Source: Raja brachyura (lineage: Eukaryota). Taken from it: a stretch of DNA of 64,000 bases. Below are positions 38,078 through 50,849 of this stretch, piece after piece (within the stretch, counting starts at the first letter, position 1; each line of letters starts with the position of its first letter). The position numbers were made by a program, and so were the translations under genes. The notes beneath the pieces are model-generated. The model made no database searches, had not been told where the DNA came from, and saw nothing but the letters and a program-made list of their open reading frames with translations. The stretch lies in the NCBI GenBank assembly GCA_963514005.1, contig OY740785.1:35588001-35652000 (forward strand). Direction: 5' to 3'.

Positions 38078-41029
38078 TTTCGATCCAAAAAGAGGTTCTA
38101 ATGAGAACAAGTAAAAAAAATACACTCGACTTTTCCCCAAATTATATTTTGTCCCTACACCCAAAAGAATCCGTCTATTCCGGGCGAAATAACGTTTCTT
38201 CTGCACAAAAGCAGCTCCCTGTATCACATTTTGTACTTGTCGGGGTTTTTTTTCTTAACTGATGGCGTAGGTCCCTTGGTAATATATAAGTTTTGAAAAT
38301 TAAGCATCAGCATTGAACTGGGAAGACAATAGACAGAAGCGCTCCATCCCAGGAGACGCGGAATAAATATTGTATCTTCTCCCCATCACAGCCGAGGTTG
38401 TTCTAAGTTGTTAATTGTATTGGGGAGTTTTTCGTGCTTTTCCCGTTTTCTCTCCGGTAACGTTGGATTTATGATGCCTAATCTTGTAAGCCTTTATTAC
38501 AATTTTCGAAGACTTCAGGGAAGGAGTGATATATATGTCCAATATATTGCATACCTGCTTAAAGTAAGTCGAGCTTTCAGGCAAGATAAAAACAAAGGTA
38601 ATATTACATCTTTATTATGCTATTCGATGGCTTGAAATATTTTTATGTATCGATTTTAGGAGAAACGCCCTGTCTTAATAAAAAAACAACGAGAAATGTA
38701 ACAGATTATCCAAGCTTCACATTTTTTTTGTATAAAATGGTCTTGTTATTTTGTAATTATTAAAAGCAACTTGGTAGGGTTTGTCAGTTAAAGAAAAATA
38801 GTCCGGCCTATTTATTAGCTTTAAAACATGAACAAACGTTGGTATTATAAGGACGATTTCGACAAGAACAAGCCACGGGATTATTGCATATATTTAACTT
38901 TGAACACTTAAATTGATTTTCTTACATGAAAGTGATTGAGAAATATATTATTGCTAATGACCTATAGTCTGCCTGCTCATCTTTTTCTTCTCTTTCCGAC
39001 AAACGGATTCTTTTAGAGCACATTTATCCGTTTTACAGCAAATCTTTTGAGATATTTCACAGATTTCAACTTCTGATTGTATATTTTTCCACTGTTAGAT
39101 TGGACACCAGTAATTCATTAATACTAATTCATTAATTAGTTCAACAATGAGTGATATTATCCACATTTAAGAACGCTGTGGCCAACTTATGGGGTCTTCT
39201 TCGATTAGTATGTGTCATATTATATTACAGGCAATAGAAAAGGTGTCCTTTCTTGTTACTCTATATGAACAGTGTAATTGAACAGCTTCCCACCAATGAT
39301 GGCGCGGTTACTGAACAACCCACTGTCCCTACTGTTTCCGTAACTACCGCACGAGGGAGATGCATTTTAAATCCTTATATTTGAATGTTTTGATATTTTG
39401 ATGATCGAGAATTGCCCCTTAAGCTCAAGATATTCACTAACTTAAAAGTTGTCAGTTATTTAAAAGGGTTATTACAATCCAAAACCATATTGTTTATACA
39501 ATTCTACTGAATCAGCCATTTACCAGATTTTAATATTTCATACATTTCATTTGAGATATACACACGAATTATTCGGTGCATTATGTCTGATCATCTGATC
39601 AACCTTAAATCGAAATAATAAAAAACGTTACTTTAAGGCTGAACTGGTTTGAGTGGGACAACCTTCGTAACTTGTTTTCTGATGGTAATTAAATTGAGCC
39701 CGTACAAGCTTCAGAAGCAGTATCTCTTTTTCTCCCCCCGAGCAGCAGGCAATCTAACATTGAACTCTACGGAATAATATCTTAAAAAAAAAACTTTTTG
39801 GTGTGGAGGTCTGTCAGCACATTCGCCTTTGCTCATGCATACTAACCAGAGCTGTCACCCTGGCCCCTTTCCCTTTGTATAAATCGACAAAGGCACACGA
39901 CTACTATTTGCCTCTTTTGTGTGACGTCCAAGTGTGACTACCAGGCATGGAAAAAAAGGTCAGTTTCTTCTCCTTCGACATTTCATCAGCTCTGCTGGAT
40001 ATATTTGCGAACTTCTCCACTTGGACGAGAAGCAACCAACAACAAAATAGAATGACGTTGAACTTGTACGGAGGCCATTCTTTACTATCTAATTATTTTC
40101 CCACAATATGTACTTTATTGCTTGATGTGTAATATTTTAACCTGGGCGAATTCTAACTGCTGCAGTTACAATTCAACAGTTCATAATTTAAGATCAAACC
40201 CTTATATTTTGCAGTCACTGAACGGTTTAGTTATAATTTATCTACGTACATCATAACGTTACAATGAAACAACCTTATAATCCACACTTTATATATTCCT
40301 TGCGACGGTTTTGCTTCTCAATACACCTCACAATATTTACCACAGTCATCTTACCATGGAAGAAAAATAGGTGTCATACTCATAGTTGCGAGTACTCAAC
40401 TTTGACGACATTTAAATATAAAGTAATTATAGAAAAGATCAACGTTTAAAAATGTAACTCAAACCGATATATGCAAGTATAGGCCTATTGCAGATTCAGT
40501 AAACATCCTTTGTTTTTGGAACCAAATTCATAATTTTTGAGAATTGTTTTAAAGTACTCACTAACTATAGTGCAAATGTTTTAGTAAACGTATCTTCTAG
40601 GTTTTGTAAGTTTCAATGTTTAGGTTTTTCTCCGTGCCAAAGGTCTAAGTTTATATGAAACTCAAATATACCAACCGATGATGTATTTCAGTTTATGATA
40701 CATTTAGACCTACGCCACGCGAACATTATTTTGTTAAATATTGGCCGGTGGTGCTCTTTGATTGCAGAAGCACAATTAATTGGTCAAATTGCCAAGAAAC
40801 GTATTTTACTTTATGAAGTGTGAAACAAAACTTCACGAATTTGGCGTTTACCATACTTTTAACACTCAACTATAGTAACTTAAGTACCGTAGAGATAAAC
40901 AGTAGTAATATTGGATGTGAGCTTCTTTGCAATTTATTTTGTGTTGGAAATCTTAATTATTCTTTCATTTGATTCAACAATAATGATTTTTTAAACTACA
41001 TGGCATTTATAATGCAGTATAATATGCAA

Positions 41030-42130
41030 AGGAATTTCACAGGAGTGTTGTCAAACTAGGCGCCTAATATTAGACAAGATTAACAAAAGTTAACCCAAGG
41101 ACGTAAGTTTGAAGGAGAGCGTGAAATGGGGAAATGGAAAAGAGACACGGAAACAAAAAAGCTGGATTCAGATCCTGCTGTTGAGAGAAAGGCCATAATT
41201 TTTGAATATGAGAAAGAAATGGGGAAGAGTCAAGACTTGATAGAGCAAGACTATCTTGGAAGGTTTTACGACTGGATAATGAAGGAAAGAGAAGGGTGAG
41301 AGCGTGGAGTGATTAGTAAATCAGAGGTGGACGTTACGAGTCTAATTCAGATCTATGTGTGGAGGCGTGGGACTCATTGCAAGTTAGGTCATGGGACGCC
41401 AAGCTTTAGGTGAAGGTACTGATGGAGGGTGCAGCGAGAGAGACCAGACAGGTAGATACAATGGTGGCATTTAAGAAACTTTTGGATAGGCACATGGATA
41501 TGCAGGGAATGGAATAATAATATTTATGCTAGATAAGAGATGGTCTTGGCATAATGTTCGGCATCATTGTGGGCCGAAGGGCCTAATCCAGTGCTGTACT
41601 GTTCTATGTTCTATGTATTTCAGAACAATCGTGGCCAAAGGAGACAAAGGGGTCGGGGAAGTTTTCAGTAGTAGATGAGCATAGGCGGGAGTGGAGTTGG
41701 CCAGATGGGATGTGAGCTGAGCGTTGTTCCGAGATGGAAATAGGTGGTTATCGCGCTGGCACAATTAGTGGTCTAAGATCATATTGGAGTCACTTATGGC
41801 ACCAGATTTGTGATCAGTCTGGATGCAGTTTGCTAAGAAGAGGAATACAGACGATAGCAATTGAATGATGTTTGTGAGAAGTCGTAAAACTGGCATTGCC
41901 CTTCCACACATGTAACTACAGGGCATGCAGCCGGACATGTTAGATCTGGAGATGTGGAGTGAGGTTTTCTTTCGAACAAGAGTTGTGTAGAACTGAAACA
42001 GATAAGTGTAGATTTGAAGAGTGATATTGTATTTTTGGTATTGGTATGTGAAATGATTTAAACAATGGTCATTGGTGAGTAAAGGTCTTGACACAAGGCG
42101 ATAAGTCAATGCAGCAAACTCTGTGCCCTT
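41030..42130 (-). mobile_element. Old L2-like LINE remnant with a CR1 3' end (+, ~41450-41615) inserted
   Basis: Purine-rich plus strand typical of antisense L2 ORF2. CR1 tail GGGCCGAAGGGCCT...(TTCTATG)n. Confidence 0.5.
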
Positions 42131-43531
42131 GACTAGAATGATAGGAGCACCAAGCGAGGGCGGGACGCAGGGTGCCGTTGAAGAGGGTGACCCGTGCCAA
42201 AGGCCGCTGTAGATCGAGAAAAGACATTTCCATCAAACTTTACATTTATATATTAATAAATCCAAATCATATGTATGAACAAACAACATATAATGGAGAA
42301 AATGAGGGCATGCCGCCGCAAGCTTTACAATCTGCTGCATCGGAGACGTTTTAAATTTGGCGCGCACACAGCATAAACATAGACATTGCGTATCTAACCG
42401 GAAGAGAACTCAATTGTCCACAACAAATCAGACATATCAGTTATGCCATATGCACAGTGCTAGTCAAATGTTATGTTCCATCTGTTATTTCTGCCGATTC
42501 CCCCGCCCCTTGTAAACTGATAAACTGAAATATACACTTCTTTGTGTAAAATGAATGACTCCAGACGTGCATCAATTATAGTGTGAATAGTTTTGGTTAT
42601 GTAGCTTTTGTGTGTGTAGGGGGATTCAATTAGTGCGGAAAAAGAATGTTGCGTCATATTATAACCTCAGATAGTTATTTATCGCTTCATGCCATTTGTT
42701 GATGATATAAGTGTAAAGTAATTCGCAAGAAAGCCGACCGAACATATGAACCCGAATTTAAAGCAAATACTGTTACCATTGCTACGACTGTGGGGATTTT
42801 TGTTTAACGCTAGACGATATTTCGGCAGAAAATCAGAATTTGGAATTCGGAGAAACCAATTATTACATATGCAAAACAGAACTTATGTAAATATATGTGC
42901 AATTTTTATCATATTTTAGAAAAAGATAACCCGTCGCAGATTAAATAAATATATGGTGCATTTTAACGATGCATTACACTATAACGTCGGACATACATTA
43001 TATTTTTTTCTCTTTCCAATAATATATAAATCTTGTTTAAACACAGAATAAAGACAAATAAAATATTAATGCGAACAACAGACATGAAACGTTAATGGTC
43101 AATCGTGTTGAATGGAACCATGCAATTAACTTCTAAAAAGTTGGATTTTATTTAATAAGTCATTCTTCGATGTGTAAGATATAGAGGAACATGCCCATTT
43201 AATAAGAAAATTCGATTCTGCATGTTGGATGAATACATTTCAATTTACAATCCCCGTTACCAAATCCTGGAGCTTAAATAAGAACATCATTTTTTCTCCT
43301 ACGCTATTATTCGCTGAATTAATGTTGCCCGAATTAGAAGGAAAACCAAGTGCCGGATGATAATCCGCCACCATCCCCATTCGTGATGTGACCTTAAGTA
43401 AGTGCAGTGTGGAAAACAAACTGTTGCACGAACTGTGTATGTATGACAGACACAACAAGCTGGAGTAACATAGCGGGGTGGGGAGCATTTACCTCCAGTT
43501 TAAACTAGCGTCTGCAGTTCCTTCCTACACA

Positions 43532-45062
43532 TTGTGTATGTATGAACTATGTGGTCATGAACTCTGAGTGTGTGAACTGCGTGCGTATGTATGAAAGTGT
43601 ATGTACGAACTGTGTGTGTGGACTGTGTGTGCGCGGACTGTGTATGTACGAACTGTCTGTGTGTGGACTGTGCGTGTGTGGGCTGTGTGTATGTGTACTC
43701 TGTGTATGAACTCTATGTGTCTGAACGGTGTGTATGACTATGTGTATGAACTGTGTGTGTATAAATAGTGTGCGTATGAACTGTGTGTGTGTGAACTGTG
43801 TGTGTGTGTGTGGACTGTGAGTGTGGACTGTGTGTGTGTGGACTGTGTGTGTATGTCGACTGTGTGTGTGTGGACTGTGTGTATGTAGACTGCGTAAATG
43901 TAGACTGTGTGTGTGTAGACTGTGTGTGTGTAGACTGTGTGTATGGACTGTGTGCATGTGGACTGCTTGTGTGTCGACTGTGTGTGTGAACCGTGTGTAT
44001 GCACTGTGTGTGTACACTGTGTGTATGGGCTGTGTGTATGAACTGTGTCTGTATGGACTGCGTCTGTATGGACTATGTGTTAATGGACTGTGTGTGAACT
44101 GTGTGTGTGTGGGCTGCGTGTGTGCATGTTGACTGTGTGTGTATATGGGCTGTATGTGTATGGATTTTGTGTATAGGCTGTGTGTGTATGGACTGTGTGT
44201 ATGGGCTGTGTGTATGGGCTGTGTGTGTGGGCTGTGTGTATGGGCTATATGTGTATGGACTGTGTGTGCGTGGACTGTGTGTGTGCAGAATCTGTGTGTA
44301 GACTGTGTGTGTATGGGCTGTGTTTATGTGCGGACTCTTTGTGTGTGTGGACTGTGTGTGCGTGGACTGTGTGTGTAAGGGCTGTGTGTGTGCACGAACT
44401 GTGTGTGTGGACTGTATGTGTGTATGGGCTGTGTGTGTGAACTGTATGTGTGTATGGGCTGTATGTGTATGGACTGAGAGTGTGGCGCTGTGTGTGTGCA
44501 GACTGTGTGTGTGGACTGTGTGTGTATGGACTGTGTGTGTGTATGGACTGTGTGTATGGACTGTGTGTGTGTGGACTGTGTGTGTATGGACTGTGTGTGT
44601 ATGGACTGTGTGTATGGACTGTGTGTATGGGCTGTGTGTATGGACTGTGTGTGTTTGGGCTGTTTGTACGAACTGTGTGTATGGGTTGTGTGTGTATGGA
44701 CTGTTTGTATGGGCTGTGTGTGTGCGAACAGTGTGTGTATGAACTTCTGTGTGCGGACTGTGTGTGGCTGGACTGTGTTTATGGACTGTGTGTGTGGGCT
44801 GCGTGTGTTTCTGGACTGTGTTTGTGGACTGTATGTGTGTGGACTGTGTGTGTGGACTGTGTATGTGTGGACTGTGCCTGTGTGCGGACTGTGTGTGCGG
44901 GCTGTGTGTGTGCGGACTGTGTATATGGACTGTGTGTGTATATGGACTGTGAATGAACGGTGTGTGAATTAACTATGTGTGGCTGAACTGTGTTTATGAT
45001 CTGTGTGTGTATAAACTGTGTGTGTATGAACTCTGTACTTTGTGTGTGGACTATGTTTGTAT
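43532..45062. repeat. TG-rich minisatellite with a variable unit of about GGAC(TG)3-6(TAT)
   Basis: About 1.5 kb of degenerate tandem units. It generates all the C/V/W-rich and H/T-rich ORFs at 43547-45087. Confidence 0.95.
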
Positions 45063-45609
45063 ACTTCACTGCAATTCGAGGATTCACTAACCAAAAAACT
45101 ATTGCAATAATGAAGCTGCTCTAGATATCTGCGGCAGAAACCGCAGGATATGACTTGGCCTGCGATTTAATTACGTTCACAATAAAAAAATTCCAATAGG
45201 TTTAAATTATTTTTCTTTAGAAGCATACGTTTCTTTTTGCTGGCTACTTGATAGCAATAAATCGACCACTTTGATTCACACCTGTAGCCAATTGAATTGC
45301 TGTTGCTTTAAATTAATCGCACATAAGGTTACCTCAGTCGACCGAACTACCTCCACACACCGCACTAAAAAGAAAATTAAATGACCGTCTTCATATGAAC
45401 GCCGCACCGTTACCTTACGCTGTAATACTTTTCCTGATCGAGAACATTGATTGTTAAATTTCAACAACGTGACAGAATCACAGATTTGTTAAGAATATGT
45501 CATTTAAATATGAATTATATAACTACAAATATATTTTAGTCTGACCTAGGTAGCCTTATACAATATCAAAGTTACATTACGCTGAGGTTTTACAAACGTA
45601 ACTTGTAGT

Positions 45610-45770
45610 TATTTTCGGAAGGCAGAAGATTGTGTGTTACCATTTGAAGGACAGCCTCAGAATGTCTTCCTCGTGTCCAGGCTAATACTAATCGCTCATC
45701 CAACATCATCAAATAGATTACCCGACCATTTCCGTGGCTCGTTGGGACATTTTGTGGCGCACTAATAAAG
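45610..45770 (+). mobile_element. Degenerate Deu-domain SINE core
   Basis: GTGTCCAGGCTAATACTAATCGCTCATCCAACATCATCAAATAGATTA resembles the Deu consensus GTGTCCTGGCCAATATTTATCCCTCAACCAACATCACTAAAACAGATTA (from memory). Confidence 0.5.
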
Positions 45771-48179
45771 GCAGGTTCAGTTCAGTTCAGTTCAGTTTAG
45801 TTTAGTTCCTTCTCATTTACACCGAACAAGAACTTAAATATACTGCATCTTAACTTAAACAATAAACTTTTCCTTCCACTAGAATCTGCAGAGATTGATG
45901 TTGAAAATCACCGTGTCACACCCATTTTTGCCAATAGAGTCACCCGGATAAGAACAAACTGCGAGGAACTCAACACGTTTCAGAAACTTACTTTAGAACC
46001 CCCAGTTATATTGGGATCGCATCTTTGTAAATATCAATTTGAATGATTTTATATGAATGAGAGTGTGATGTTGAGTGTCTTGTGGATTTGTGGCTGATAT
46101 TCGCCCTGCGATATAGAGGCAGCAAGAACAAAACAAAATAATGTTCTTCATCTTGCTAAATGTCATGAAATCGAGATTACTTTGCATGAATTGAAATAAC
46201 GACGATGGCATTAAAAGTCACGGACTTGGTCAAATATTAGGCGTTGCTGCCAAAATCACAAACATTCCCCTCCCCACCATACCCCTTCTCCATCGCCTCT
46301 TACCAAAGTAATAAATAAAAGTTAGCAACTTCTGCAAATTTAGCACAGAATTCCGCTTCAGCGTTACATCAGGGAACTGGTTCTTTGGAAGCACTTTTAC
46401 TAGTTTTTATTTTATATTACAACCAGTGGTATTTCAGTGACTTATCAGTTCCTAATATAAGCTTTGGATATGGATAATTTATTCCGATCCACATCTGAAA
46501 GCAACTATTTATTGTATTACGGTCGAACTGAAAGTGTTGATTAACTTACATTATAATTTGAAAAGAAATGTTTGCAATCAAAAACGACTTAATTTCCGCA
46601 TTGTTAAGTGTGATAGTACTACACCTCTCAAAAGAACAAACGATTCGGAAAATGCATACCTTCTGATTTTGGCATAGTCTTTGTTGGATTAAGATTCGCC
46701 TTTTTGAGGGCAAATTAAATTAATAGTAAGTAATTTACGCCAGGGACATTGTTAGCACTGGCAGGTTCTGGTGCATTATTTATTCCCCATTACCATTGAG
46801 CATTAATTGTGTATAGCCGCAACGCTTTATGGCAGTATTCGTGGGCATCACTCAGCTTCTTTTTAAGATGCTAGAATATTTTCTTCGGTTAAAGAAAATG
46901 CCTGCTTGTGTTTTAAAGTAGGTTTATTTTAATTCTGTACATTTACAGGATAATTAAGTCTAAGAGTTTAACCCTTTTAGGGTAATATTGCGTTCAGAAA
47001 GGAATAGATAGTGTTATCGGTTACGTAGATTCGGTGCGTTCATATATCTGTGAGAATGGCCAAATAACTTGATAGACAGGTTAGTTTGTAAAAAAAAAAC
47101 AATATTTCATTCACATAAGCAGAAAAAAGGGGAAAATAGATGCATACATATTGGCGACCAGATATGAACAGATTATTACAGTAATCCAAGAGTTTCAGCA
47201 TTCTATGTACTATCAGTACTTAAAAAATATTCAGATTTCAAATACTTATGCTGCTCTGGTGGGTTTTAAAGTAACACTCTATCGGTTAATTAATTTGGGT
47301 CTGAAAATCTAATATCACTAACGATGCATCGGCGCATAGCAACCGAATAAAAGGGATTCGGATATGTTCAATTCAGATTTAAGTATTTCATGTAAACTTT
47401 TAAAAAAATTAGAAAGTGGTCCAAACATGATTACACTTTAAACTGGTCCACAACTGCCAACATTAGTTTCCATTTTGTCAAATTCAAAAACTCTGAGTCA
47501 TCCACCAAATTCACATCGTAAAGAATAGCAATGTTTTCAGATCAACTAGTCAGCGAACATATGGTCGATCAATTGTACACCGATTCATTTCAACTGCATT
47601 TTGCTCTCTGCTCTGTTTTTTTTTCCATTCGAGGACATGGTCCATCGACATTCATGGTAGGCATTTAAAAGCATTAGTTGAACATTAATTTAACATACAA
47701 ACCTAGCCCAATGGTAGTATTTGAAGCTATTAGATTCCAGCCCTCAAAGCAGTTGTCTACATCTATCAATCTATTTAAAATTTGATGGGCCGAACGGGCT
47801 AAGTCTGCTCCTATCACATGAATTTGTGAACATGAATTTACCTTTGCATCTTTCAATCTATTACATAAGTATATTATATAATAACAGAAAATGCTGTAAA
47901 AACACCATGTCAGGCAGCACCCGCGGAAGAGTTTCTGCCTGGACTGCTCCGTTTTTCCACTACTTTTTGTTATTGTAGATTTCCAGCTTATGCAGATTTT
48001 TAAAAATGTATCTCGATATTTAACAGGACAGTGTAGAGAGAGCTTCATGTTTACCATTCTCTGCCAAGGAAACGTTTAATGGAGAAGAAAGAGTGATTCC
48101 TTGCTGTTAACATCTGTCTAGTCCTCATCTATTTTCCTAACCTAGTCAGTAAATTAATAAAATCCATGAAGTTCAAATT

Positions 48180-48992
48180 TATTAATTTAAAGTCCCCAGA
48201 TAAAGAAGCAGCCTACAACCGAATACAGTAAAGCCCAGACAATATCAAGCTCAGGGCTGACAGGTGGAAATTAACATTCACACTATATAAGTGGCAGACA
48301 ATGAAGATATCCCATAAGAGAAAATCCAGCTATTACTCCCTGACATTCAATGGCATAACCATCACTTAATCCACCACCATTATTATCCTGGGTGCAACCA
48401 TTGACCAGAAACAGAACTGGATTAGCCATATATACACTATGGCTGCAAGTTAGGATCAGAAGCTAGGGCCCTGTGGTGAGTGACTCATCTTCTAACTCCC
48501 CAAAGCCTGTCCAAAAGCCACAAGCCAAGTGTGCAATGGAAATCTCTCCACGTGCCTGAATGTTTGCAGTTTCAACAACACTCATGAAGCTCGACCTCAT
48601 ATAGGACATGCCATCCCTCTTGATGGGCATCCCATCCACAACCGTTCACTCCACCATGAATGCGCAGAGCAGTGGTTTGTGCCATCCACAGATTACACTG
48701 CAGTAACTCACCAAGACTCTTTAGTTAGCACCTTCCAAACCCATGATGTCCATCAGCTTGGAGGACAAGGGCAGCAAAGCATGTAATGCCAACGGCTGGA
48801 AGTTGTCCTGCAAGCCACACACCATCCTGATTTGGAAATATATCACCATTCCTTAACCATCGCTGGGTGAAAATCATGGAACATTCTCCCTAACAGAATT
48901 GGGGATATACCCACACCTTTGTGGTTTAAGAAGCAATAAGGGATGGGCAATTTGTTGGCTCAGCCTACAAAGCCCACATCCCCAGAATGAAT
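48180..48992 (+). mobile_element. Old CR1/L2-group LINE 3' fragment
   Basis: Decayed DNIQAWADKWQ-like and ILGVTIDQKLNW-like motifs. Tail GGGATGGGCAA...GCCCACATCCC...GAATGAAT. Confidence 0.65.
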
Positions 48993-49004
48993 TCAAATAG
49001 TATT

Positions 49005-49392
49005 TGGGACTTGATAGAGGTCTTTAAAATGATGAGCGGGACAGACAGAGTTGATGTGGACAAGCTTTTCCCTTTGAGAATAGGGAAGATTCAAACAAGA
49101 GGACATGACCTTAGAATTAAGGGACAGAAGTTTAGGGGTAACATGAGGGGAAACTTCTTTACTCAGAGAGTGGGAGCGGTGTGGAATGAGCTTCCAGTGG
49201 AAGTGGTGGCGGCAGGTTCGTTGGTATCATTAAAAAAAAATTGGATAGACATATGGATGAGAAGGGTATGGAGGGTTATGGTATGAGTGCAGGCAGGTGG
49301 GACTAAGGGAAAAAAGTTATTCAGCACAGACTTGAAGGGCCGAGATGGCCTGTTTCCATGCTGTAATTGTTATATGGTTATTATATGGTTAT
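49005..49392 (+). mobile_element. CR1 3' fragment, same subfamily as 2522-3293
   Basis: ORF 48987..49286 DLIEVFKMM...KIQTRGH...FFTQRV, with a (TATATGGT) tail. Confidence 0.93.
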
Positions 49393-50849
49393 AGCATCTC
49401 TTGTCAATAGGAATGGATTAGAGGTTATGGTCCAATCACAGGCAGGTGGGACTAGAGTAGATTGGTCAACTTGGTCTACATGGGCACGTTGGGCTGAAGG
49501 GCCTGTTTCCATGCTCTATGACTCCATGAAGAACTTTATTAAATTCCTACGGCAAGTTCATATCATTAACATGCATGGATATTTCCCTCTCCACTTTAGA
49601 ACATGTAAGACAAAATCAATCTGGCTTTTCAGGTATAAGCCTCTCTTTCAAAATCCATGCCAATTTTCTATGATCAAACAAAAATATTGAAGGCGTTCAG
49701 TTATTCTATGGTAAATGACTTATTCCAGCAACCTCCCAAAAACAGATATTAATTTAACATGATTTTACTTCCTTGTTTCACTTTCTCATATCTCTCACCT
49801 TTATATATAAAACAAGTTGAAAGTAAAGTTGTCCAATTTAAGCAAACAATTTCCCATTTCAAGAAAACCTTGGAAGTAAATTAAGGTATCTGAATTTTTA
49901 TAAATATTACTTCTTATTTTATAAACTTGGATTGACAATCATTTCGACTTGGAAGGTTATCATCTTTTAATGCTATTGTTTTCTTCATTATTGTTATTTT
50001 GCCTGCATTTTTAAGTTCCTTCCCTTATTTGATATTAGCTTCCTTGGGATATAAGGGATCCTATTCTTTTCTTCGACTGTGAATATTATTATTTGCATTA
50101 TTCGTTTTTTATGGCTTCTGCATTGTTCTCATCCATCTTTCTCTTTCATAATTGTTAAAGTGTTCCTCTTTGTGTCTTTTTAAATAATCTGTTATCTTTT
50201 TTGTGTTCTCCCCCTTTACTTTGTCAACTTTTTTTCCCTTTGTGGATTCTTATCCCAGTCGCAAGAATAAACACAAAGTTGTACCTCTTTTTTTTTCTCT
50301 CTCTTTCGACATCAGTTCTTTTCTTTAGGCAAACAGAGCTATTAATACATCAGGTTATAAATTGATTCTGCACTGCGTAATTTCCTTTGGAATACTGAAC
50401 GTAGAAGTGAACAGGCAGTAATAGGCATTTCAAAATTATTTTAAAATGCCCACAATTTGTGCTAGATGAGGCAATAATTCAAGCAGTTAGAAAGGGAAAT
50501 GTGTGATAAAGACATTAAAGGGTAATTTGTAATCAGTAATTACTTTGTTGAACTTCCTGAAGGATGATTACAGAAATTATATTACATTATTTTTACTTCT
50601 GTTGACTCAAATCAACGAGGACATGATGATCCAAATGAGGATAGATTTAATGAGACAGGATGAACTGCACTTGTTCCAATGTATTCCAGTTCATGAAGCT
50701 AAGTATTCACTGTGCTTGAGAGCATAGGGATTCATACCAAGTATAATATGATTAAGTCACCTTAAAAACTTATATTTGTTTCAGTTGTTTAGTGGTTTTA
50801 TAACATTTCTTTCTTATCCTCATTGTTCAGGATTTAGGGTGGAGGACAT

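Larger units (their letters stand above)
33400..47700. promoter_or_regulatory. CpG-retaining, transposon-poor domain around the TFAP2D promoter and exons 1-3
   Basis: CG dinucleotides are visibly frequent here despite low GC and are scarce elsewhere. No recognisable SINE or LINE between ~32.3 and ~41.0 kb. Judged by eye, not computed. Confidence 0.65.

Noticed and set aside
43532-45062. CRISPR-like repeat-spacer array
   Set aside because: There are no unique spacers or cas genes, and the context is vertebrate.
43547-45087. Many Cys/Val/Trp-rich and His/Thr-rich ORFs resembling metallothionein or keratin-associated proteins
   Set aside because: They are translations of the stop-poor TG minisatellite in nearly all frames.
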